In this document: one piece after another, positions 25,001 through 33,733 of the stretch
Layout of the letters: every line of letters begins with the position of its first letter
Numbering within the stretch: position 1 is the stretch's first letter
Origin: Psammoneis japonica
Taxonomy: Eukaryota
Length of the DNA: 64,000 bases
Assembly: GCA_008632985.1 (NCBI GenBank)
Contig: QPGO01000031.1
Coordinates: 434,001-498,000 of the forward strand
Direction: 5' to 3'
Program-made: the position numbers and the translations under genes
Notes under the pieces: model-generated
What the model was told of the DNA's origin: nothing
Database searches by the model: none
The model's input: the letters and a program-made list of their open reading frames with translations, nothing else

Positions 25001-28000
25001 TGATGCTCTCTGCATGGAACGAAAGTTGATCCCCTGAGCATGTCAAGACATCCCGTTTGAGCAGCACGCCAAGAAGAACACTCCCGTTCAATCCCTCAAG
25101 GCTGGTGCGGAACGCCTTTTATGGCATCAACGTCTTGGACACCCCAGTGATCACTGTCTTTGCCATGCTCACGAACATGTTGATGGTGTCCCCAAGTTTG
25201 CACATGGCACATCCCCCCTTGACACTTGCCCCACATGCATCCGGGCCAAACAGATGAAGGAACCTGCTGGACCCAATGCTGCTTTGACAGCCACCCAACC
25301 CCACCAAGGTCTCACCGTAGACTTTTCTTTTTCTGGTCTCCGCTCCAGGAACACTGAGCATGTCAAAGACTGTGTTGGGTTGAATGGTGAGACGTGTTGG
25401 ATCACCGTTTATGATCATGCAACGAAGCACCTCCATGGTGCGACTCGTGTCTCAAAGGCCACCCCCTTGAATTGGATTCGCCACTTTCTGGAGGAGCACT
25501 CGCCAAAATGTCCTGATGAACATGTTTTTCTGGATCAAGGAGGTGAACTGTGTGACAATCCGGTGGTTCGGCGACTCTTTGAGGATGACTTTCATTGTGC
25601 AATTTGTCCCACTGGCAAAGATGCTTCAAATCAGAGTGGCCCAGTTGAACGGAGTCATTTGACCATTGCCAATGCCATTCGGGCGATGCTTGTCAGTGCC
25701 AATTTACCCGTCAAGTTCTGGCCCCATGCTTTCCATCACTTTGTTCGGATCAAGAATGCTGTGCCATCCCGGGGGCAGACTGCTGCTCCGATTGCACTTG
25801 CTGCTGGTCGGAAGGATGACTTTTGGAACTTCCACACATTTGGTTGTCGCGTTTGGGTGCGTGCTTCGAATCACCGTCCGGCAAAATTCCGGACCGTCTC
25901 ACGCAAAGGGATTTTCTTGGGATGCCTCCCGGATGCCACCAAGAACATTTTATGGCATGACACCGAGACATCGCGTGTCAAGCTGGCCAAGCACATCAGA
26001 TGTGATGAGGGGATGAATGATTTACCCCACGAATCTATTCCCCTGAATGTTGTTCATTTGCAACGTGCTCAGGCTGGTGATGCCCTCCCTGCCGACACTG
26101 AAGAGACCACTGTGGATGAGCTCCACTTTCATGGTAACCCTTTCGCCAAGACCATCACACGCATCATGAAAGGACCTTTCACGGATTCCACTTTTGGCTT
26201 TTCATTGGCTGTGGATGATCCACACCAACGTGTTTTTGTCTTGGACATTAAATGTGGTTCCCCCGCTGCTCGTCTCTTCTCAAACTTGAAGGCAACCCAC
26301 AACAAGATCAAAGGCACACACACAGTGTCGATTGATCATCAACCAGTTTTTACCCATGACGATGCTGTCAAGCATTTCCAGCAGTTGCGTGAGTCTGGCA
26401 AGACACATTTTGAAATTGAATTCATGCCAGAACGTTGCTTGGACTCTCAGGCTCTCCAACGTGCTCTGATGGAACATGACGTGTTCTCCCCCACCCCGGA
26501 CCCTGACGATGAGCATGTCCCGGAGCTTGCACAAGCCGACACACGTGCCATTGCTGCAGTGCGCCATCCGGGTGCTGATTTTGAAGCCATTGACAACAAC
26601 GACGTCCCACCACCTGTCCATGTTGACCGTGACAATGGTGTCATCCATGTCCGTGCGACATCCTCCCATGCAATTGCCCCAGAGCAACAAGCCTTGGGCA
26701 CCTTCACTCGCCATCGACTCAAGAAAATGGACACTTGGCCTGAATGGCATGCGGGCGAATTTAAACAACTTGACCAGTTTCATGAGTTGGGCATGTTTGG
26801 TGCTCCCATCAAACGTCCGAAGGACGCAGTTGCACTGAGACCACACTGGCAATGTGACCTCAAACATGATGGTGCGCGACGCTCTCGTCAGTGTTGTGAC
26901 GGATCCCCTCGTGCTGCATCTGTTCTCCACCGTCTTTGTTCAACATGCTCCTCCTGTGTTGAGCAACCTGTCCAATGGATGTTCTTTGCCCTGGCAGCTA
27001 CGATGGGTTGTCTGGTGCATGGCGGTGATGCCCGCGATGCCTGTGCCCATTCTCCCCGCGCCCATCACATCCTGTCTGCGTTGCCATTGACAATGCATGT
27101 GCGACTTGGCACAAGTCTCGCTTTGGAAAGGAATTGGACAGGAGCACGGCACTTCCCGTGCAACATGCTCTTCAAGGACACCCAGAAGCCGGCGTGCTCT
27201 GGGAGAATCACATTGATGGTGTCTCATCTGATGTGAATCTTTTGTTCCGGAACACTGCTCATGACAAATGCATCTGCTCTGCTGCATTTGAAGGACACAA
27301 AATTTTGCTCCTTCGACAGGTCGATGACTTCGCCATTGCTTGCCCCGAGGAGTCCATTGCCAGGACGATCTATGACAGGATCGGCAAAGCCCTTCAATTG
27401 GACTCAGAAACTGCTCCCCCTTTCAAGCACCTTAGCCTCTTGGAGGAATTCAATGGCGTGGACATCCATCAGCATGATGATTCGATTGGCATTGCCATCC
27501 ACAATTACATTGATCGTGTTTGCCTCTCACACGGTTGGTCTGCACCAAGTGATGACGAACTGCTTGATGACTCCAAGGTGACTCCGATTCCGGTGGACTC
27601 CATTTGAGATCTTTACACTGACATTGGTCCTGCTGAAGGTACACTGGAACATGTGGAGCTGCATCAAGCTGCTGGATTTGGATGCCGTGCCCTCCTTGGT
27701 GAGCTGTTGTGTGCGTGTGTTGTCTGTCGACTCGATGTTGGCTGTGCTGTCACTGCCCTTTCCAAGTTCTCCACTTGCCCTGTGGTGGCACATTGTGATG
27801 CACTCAAGGGTGCATGCAAGCACATCTCCGATGTGCCAAACATTGGGAATTGAACTGCAAGAAATCTAAACGTGACCCGAGCCTCCCTGCCTGTCCGTTT
27901 GAACGCTTGAGCCCCAGCCCGTCTCTCCCGTCATTCCCCACTCCTGAGCATGACCATCAACTTGTTGCCTTCCTTGATGCTGCATGCGGAAATGATCTTC

Positions 28001-28430
28001 GTAATCAACGTTCTACGACGGGACATGCTTGCATGTTGGCTGGTGTGCTGCTGTCTCCTTTCGTTGCAAAACGCAGTCGGTGACCGCTGCGAGTTCCACA
28101 GAAGCGGAATTCCATGCTGCTGGCACCACCGCCAAGCATGTTCTTCACCTTCACCATGTGCTGCATGACCTTGGTTACTCCCAAATGAAGCCAACCCCCT
28201 TGCATGTTGACAACAAATTGGCCATCAAGATCATCAATCATTCGATTCCGACCGAGCGTTCGTGCCACATTGAGACTCAGTTTTTCGCGATTCAACAATG
28301 GAAGGAAGCGGGCAAGATTGTCGCTGGACATGTCCCTGGCATTGTCAACCCCAGCGATGACCTTGCCAAGGCTCTTGGGTGGGTGCTCCACGCTCGCCAT
28401 GCTCGACACATGATGGGACACTGCCGTTGA
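22030..28430 (+). pseudogene. Copia gag-pol, broken
   Basis: Zn knuckle 'CLVCSEEHLFHEC' (~23775), protease DTG(A) (~24465), 'LWHQRLGH..CPTC', integrase 'DQGGEL..GPVER', RT 'ALQGHPE..RQVDD', RNase H 'DAA.GND..SSTEAEF..DN..HIE..NPSDDLAK'. Confidence 0.9.
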
Positions 28431-28599
28431 TGTTTTTTCTGCGGTGGCCTCCCCTGCTGTGCATTGCCCCGTCGTTTGATGCGTGTTGGGCTTGGACACC
28501 TTTGGTGTCCTCTTTCTGGTCGCTCTGTTTACATCATCCCCATTCTTGTTTTGATCTGCACTGTCTTCCATTTTTGAGACATTGCAGATCAGGGGAGGG

Positions 28600-28786
28600 T
28601 GTCAGTCCACCTGTCGTGCGATGGACAGACTGTGTGTGGATGATGACCGGACCATTCAGACAGACGAGCAGATCTCTCTGAGATCTGCCTCTCACTTTCT
28701 CATCTACTGGCACTCGTGTTATCACAGTCCCAGTGCTTGGGGAGTCTTTCACACCTCTGTCATCATTGACTTTCGGCATTCTGTCA
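28600..28786 (+). repeat. 3' LTR (187 bp)
   Basis: Direct repeat of 21646-21830; preceded by a polypurine tract. Confidence 0.95.
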
Positions 28787-29175
28787 ACTTGTCGTCATCT
28801 TGTGGCAAAAGCACGCGCCAACCAAAGAAAAGAGAGAAGACAAGGTGCACATTTTCAAAATTGTAGGCGCTTTTCCATTCAACATTCTTCTCATCAGTCC
28901 ACAACACATTGAGAGACCTGTGACAAATCTAGAGGGCTCCTTTCACACCATGTGCGACGGCGGAGGTTTGGCCTGGGGCACAGGAGAAGTGCTCCTGTGT
29001 TTTCCTGGGCTTTTGCGCGAGAGAACAAAAAATTCGCAAGGACAACGGACTCGGACACGTGAAGTTGCGACAACGACAACCACACAAAATTCCAAAAATA
29101 TGCCACCACAAAAGCGAGACACGGCACTTTGAATTTGCGGAGCCAACTACACTGACCCTACTAAAGTTATTTTCC

Positions 29176-30969
29176 ATGTCGATTAAAGTCTTGTCGTCCT
29201 TAGACTGGCCCTCTGAAGGATCTGATAGTAACATTGCTTCTATTCAATGCGCGGGTGAAGGTTTCTTGGATTACTATTCTCGCAAACTCAAGCATCGAAG
29301 TTTTCACCACGGCTCATCCTTTCACGAAAGTGCCAGCAGCGAAGGAAACGACAATGATGACGACTTGGAGTTATTGGAAAATCAGATTGATTTGCTTTCC
29401 ATTTCACATGAAGAATTTGAAGCCTTGACGTATTATCAAGTCTTGGGCGGTGTTCCCATGCACGCTTCGACGGAACAAGTAAAACGGGCCTATCACAAGG
29501 CGTGTTTATCATACCACCCAGACAAGACGGGACGTGGAGAAGAAGATGAAGTCTTTCTTAAAGTCAAGGCTGCCTTTGATGTGTTGTCTGACCCATCTAA
29601 AAGAAGAGCATATGATTCTAGTATTGATTTCGATGATGCCATTCCAAGAGGTGGAGAAACGGCGTCTGAGTTTTATTCCGTGTACGGTCCAGTGTTTGAA
29701 CGAAACTTGCGATTTGATGCACGCAATGATCCTCAAAGGCAGTCTGGAAAGAAGCAGATGAAACGGAGATCTTCTCAACTCAAGGCACCGCCCAGTCTAG
29801 GAGACGAGAATACACCGGTTGAGGAGGTTCATGCTTTTTATGAGTACTGGATTCACTTTGATTCGTGGCGTGATTTTACTCTTGTAGCACAGGAACAACA
29901 CAAGGACGGACACAATCTGGATGTGGACAATGCAGAATCGCGGTATGAAAAGCGGTGGATTCAAAAAGAACTCGATAAAAAAGCCAAGGCATTGAAAAAG
30001 GAAGAAATGGTTCGCATCACAACCTTGGTCGAGCGTGCCATGGCAGCAGATCCGAGACTCAAAAAGCAGCGGCAGTTGGAAAAGGAAACTAAGGAACGAC
30101 AAGAACGAGAGAGACTACAAAAGGAAGAAGAAGAACGGATTGAGGCGGAACGAAAAGCTGAAGAAGAGGCAAAGCGACTGGCAGAGCAAGAAGCAAAGGA
30201 ACAGGAAGCAAGAGCACAAGCCAAGGCGCAAAAGGAGCGGGAAAAGAAGCAATTGCGAAAGGCGAGACAATCGTTGCGCAAACGTTCCAGTGATGCTTTT
30301 GAAAAGCAAACAGACTACAAATCCATGGAAGATTTGCACGACGACGTGGAACTGCTATGTACGGAATTGTCTGTGGTGGAAATCACGAAATTGGTAGACA
30401 ATGAGAATGGAGCAAATGGTTCCTTTCTGACTAAAGTTCAATCTTTGGCTACGTCGACTCGAGAAGGACTGGCTGAGGCTGCCCAAAAGGAACACCAAGA
30501 AAAGCTAGAACGACGAGCCTCAGCGCTCAAGGAGGAAGAGAAAGCGAAGGCAGCCAAGAGAAACAACAACCCATGGACCAAAGAGGAACTGTCCGCCTTG
30601 GCCAAGGCGGTTAGAAAGTATCCAGCGGGTGGTGCGAATCGATGGGAAACCATTGCCTTGTTTGTCAATAATCTGTGCAAGCCAGAAACGCCGCGAACAA
30701 AAGAAGAATGCATTGAGAAGTACAATCAAGTTGCAAATCAGAAACCTAAACAACAAGAGAAAACAGCCTCGAGCTCAGATGCTTCTACTGCACCGCTGGT
30801 ATGGACGGACGAGCAAGACAAGCAGCTACAGCAAGGGCTTGCCAATTATCCCGCAAGCATGGAGAAGAACGAAAGGTGGACATTGATTGCGAAGGGAGTC
30901 GATGGCAAGGGAAAGAAAGATTGCGTCCAACGCTTCAAGGCGATTCGACAGGCAATCAAGAAGAAGTAG
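29176..30969 (+). CDS. DNAJC2: Zuotin/MPP11-type J-domain ribosome-associated chaperone
   Basis: J domain with HPD, zuotin homology region 'FYEYWIHFDSWRDF..AESRYEKRW', a charged coil and two SANT domains ('WTKEELSAL', 'WTDEQDKQL..ERW'). Confidence 0.92.
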   Translation: MSIKVLSSLDWPSEGSDSNIASIQCAGEGFLDYYSRKLKHRSFHHGSSFHESASSEGNDNDDDLELLENQIDLLSISHEEFEALTYYQVLGGVPMHASTEQVKRAYHKACLSYHPDKTGRGEEDEVFLKVKAAFDVLSDPSKRRAYDSSIDFDDAIPRGGETASEFYSVYGPVFERNLRFDARNDPQRQSGKKQMKRRSSQLKAPPSLGDENTPVEEVHAFYEYWIHFDSWRDFTLVAQEQHKDGHNLDVDNAESRYEKRWIQKELDKKAKALKKEEMVRITTLVERAMAADPRLKKQRQLEKETKERQERERLQKEEEERIEAERKAEEEAKRLAEQEAKEQEARAQAKAQKEREKKQLRKARQSLRKRSSDAFEKQTDYKSMEDLHDDVELLCTELSVVEITKLVDNENGANGSFLTKVQSLATSTREGLAEAAQKEHQEKLERRASALKEEEKAKAAKRNNNPWTKEELSALAKAVRKYPAGGANRWETIALFVNNLCKPETPRTKEECIEKYNQVANQKPKQQEKTASSSDASTAPLVWTDEQDKQLQQGLANYPASMEKNERWTLIAKGVDGKGKKDCVQRFKAIRQAIKKK

Positions 30970-31457
30970 GAGCTGTTGGTAAATGATGATACAGTAAAAT
31001 GATGTTTTTCTAGTAGAGATGGATTGGTGTGCCGTGGTGTGCCACACTTCATTCTGTTGCCACATGATTATAGCATGGAGCTACAGTGTATGGTATGATG
31101 TACTTTACGCTTGAGGCTCTAAGGTAGTTTCTACGTAAAAAGTGTACGAGGCGATCTCCGGAGCGCCATACTTGTAGTTCTTCATTTATCTCAAAATCGA
31201 GATTGCTTTGTTGCTGCTCTACGCGGCGAAAGCTGAAAGCTGCCAATGCAAGTTGGCACTTTCTGTCAGTACAGGAGGGTAGAGAACGGAGACGTCTACT
31301 GAAGAGAGAGGGACGTGGGAGTGCACGAGGGAGAACAAAGACAATCGTCTGAGGATTCATACACTTCATACGAGTACATCCTCTAACTAATTCGGCGCCA
31401 CAACCACCACACTGTCAGCAACGGAAGAAAAGAGCAGCAGTAGTATTGTGTTTACAG

Positions 31458-32789
31458 ATGGGACGCATAATATGGCTAATGCGCAAGAAGAAGATCGCGC
31501 TGCTCCTTTTGTTTGCGTACGACAGAGTCCCTCCAATTCAAGCATTCCAAACTCCTCCCTACCTACAGGGAAAAGGCTTACCGGGGAAGTGGCCTTCCAC
31601 TCATTCGGGGATTGTTGCTTTTCCGGAACCATTTGGCAGCAGGCCACGGGTTGCGACGACACAAACCAGCTTTGGGACGAAGCTCGCCAAGGAAGATGAC
31701 ACCACAGGTGATGACTGGCGTCGTGAACTTCCAGAGTCTCTGCAAGAATACAATCAACATAGCTTCATGAAGATCAGATCCTTTGTGAACTCCACAGCAT
31801 ACAATATATATGTCCTTGGAACGGATCATGTGTTTCCGGATTCTGCCCGGGATGTTCGTCTTTTGTTGGAGTCTATCCGGCCGGATCTCATCTTTCTCGA
31901 AATTTGCTATGGTAGATACCAGGCCATGCGCCAGACCAGCAATACCACAGTCAATGATGTGTTTGAATCGGGGGTCAACGGCAGCATGGGCGCACTCTGG
32001 GCCATGTCAGTAGATCATTTCTTTGCAACAAAGGTATTACGGGCGGAGCACTTATTTGGGGATATGCGCGCCGGGGTGGATTACTGGGCCCAGGAAACAA
32101 AAGAACGTGATCGACCACGTTTGGTTCTGGGAGACAGACCAATCCACATTACACAGGCTCGTTTGGGCGAGGCATTTACAAGATGGGAGAGAATGTCTCC
32201 AATTCTAAAGGGTTGTGGACGTGTTTGCGCAGTGGGGGTTGTTGGTTGGGCATTGCGTCGAATGATTCTTCGCTTGCCGCCGTTACTTCGCGGGCTGTGC
32301 TGCACATTCTGTCTCTTACTGTTAGTTAGAGGCTTGGTTGAGCTCAAGGCCAGAATGGACATTTTCCGTGACAACGAAAATTGGTTCTCTGAACGCTTGA
32401 GAGCTAAACTCAAGCGCGAACGTGAAAGACAACACAAAGCGTCATTTAAAGGAGATGAGAAACTATTTCGTTCAGAACTGTATCGAAAGGGGTCCACGAA
32501 AAACAGAGTCATCATCGAGGAAAGGAACACCTACATGGCTTGCAAACTACGTCAGTCTTTATCTTTATTGCCCCCACACCAAGCAAACGAATCCAGCACA
32601 CATGAATACAACGTTGTGGTCGTCGTAGGACGAGCCCATGTGGTTGGTCTCTGCAAGTGCTTTTCTGAACTCATGGGCCAAGAGCAACCCAACTTTGCGG
32701 CGAAATTGGGTTACCTGTTGATGAGCAAAGAGATGCCTCTCTCATTCGAGGATACATTCCATCTAATCTACGATTGTGTCGTGTTGTGA
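31458..32789 (+). CDS. TraB/PrgY-family domain protein
   Basis: 'YVLGTDHV..SARDV..IRPDLIFLEIC', 'LVLGDRPIHIT..RL', 'IIEERNTYMA', 'VVVVGRAHVVG'. Start codon uncertain. Confidence 0.75.
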   Translation: MGRIIWLMRKKKIALLLLFAYDRVPPIQAFQTPPYLQGKGLPGKWPSTHSGIVAFPEPFGSRPRVATTQTSFGTKLAKEDDTTGDDWRRELPESLQEYNQHSFMKIRSFVNSTAYNIYVLGTDHVFPDSARDVRLLLESIRPDLIFLEICYGRYQAMRQTSNTTVNDVFESGVNGSMGALWAMSVDHFFATKVLRAEHLFGDMRAGVDYWAQETKERDRPRLVLGDRPIHITQARLGEAFTRWERMSPILKGCGRVCAVGVVGWALRRMILRLPPLLRGLCCTFCLLLLVRGLVELKARMDIFRDNENWFSERLRAKLKRERERQHKASFKGDEKLFRSELYRKGSTKNRVIIEERNTYMACKLRQSLSLLPPHQANESSTHEYNVVVVVGRAHVVGLCKCFSELMGQEQPNFAAKLGYLLMSKEMPLSFEDTFHLIYDCVVL

Positions 32790-33049
32790 GCCAAAGGCAT
32801 AGGGTAGAAGAAGTAAGCGTGAAGGCGGCAGAAGAAACGTAGAAAACTTGTAAGACAGTCAAATACTGGAGCTACTAGCAGGGAATAACCTATCTGATGT
32901 ATGGCCACAATGAATTTGTTGTCCACTACACTCACCGACGCGACCCGACCGTCGACGCGACGGAATGCACCGCCACCCACCGATTGCAATGTAGGCTGAG
33001 AACCAAGGCGCAAAAAACACTTGTTCTTGCATGGATTCATACATCAACA

Positions 33050-33691
33050 GTTTTACCCCATGGTTGTTTTTTTTTTGCCATGCAGTGGCAGAGGAGTGCC
33101 TTGCCTGCTCCAGGTGTTGGAACATTAGGGTTAGAGGCAGTCTTTGTTGCACGGAGAAACAGAGTTGCAGCACAAGATGTGCTGACGATTGCGAGGAACA
33201 CGGCAAGTTTGTGTTCATGAGCTTGGATTGAGCTGCGGGTCTTGTGCTCACTTTTTGCTTCTGCACCCAGTTGACACTGCAATGGCCACACTGTGAGTTG
33301 GGAGACAGTGAGACCAAACTCGTGCCCCAGTCGGCAAGCCGAAAAGCTCTGACACAGAATCCAAAGAAAAGTCATGACACAGAACAAGGGCTGGGAAGTG
33401 GAGAAGAATTTGCAGAACAAGGGCTGCAAAGATTGAGACAGGAGTCCAAAGGAAAGTGCCGGGAGGTCAACAGGAATCCTGGGGCAAAGAAATGATCCCT
33501 GGAGGTCCTTGCCATTGTTGAAGAAGCTGTTGAGGGTCTGCTGAAAGAGGGCCAGGGTGCAGCAAGGTTGTGTTGGGGTCAGACAGAGTGCACATCTGTT
33601 GGCAAGCTGTGGAACTTGCACACAAGACCCAGAAAAGATGGGCAAGGACCAGCCACAGCTGAGTGTTCAGAAGCAGAAAAGAATTTAAAGA

Positions 33692-33733
<42 letters not shown>

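Larger units (their letters stand above)
21646..28786 (+). mobile_element. Full-length Ty1/Copia LTR retrotransposon (diatom CoDi-like), hypermutated
   Basis: TG..CA LTRs at 21646-21830 and 28600-28786, TSD ACTTG at 21641-21645 and 28787-28791, PBS-like GGTTGTGGCC after the 5' LTR, PPT AGGGGAGGG at 28591-28599, and gag-PR-INT-RT-RH order. Confidence 0.95.

Noticed and set aside
27310..27330. RT catalytic motif RQVDD instead of YVDD as a product of the mutation
   Set aside because: A Gln CAG codon is not a single TpA transition from TAY, so it is more likely a native lineage variant.
25254..28430. Alternative genetic code or recoding to explain the missing Tyr
   Set aside because: Neighbouring host genes use TAY normally, and TA is lost in all frames and in the non-coding LTRs.
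33124..33136. TTAGGGTTAG telomere-like motif
   Set aside because: Fewer than two units; expected by chance.
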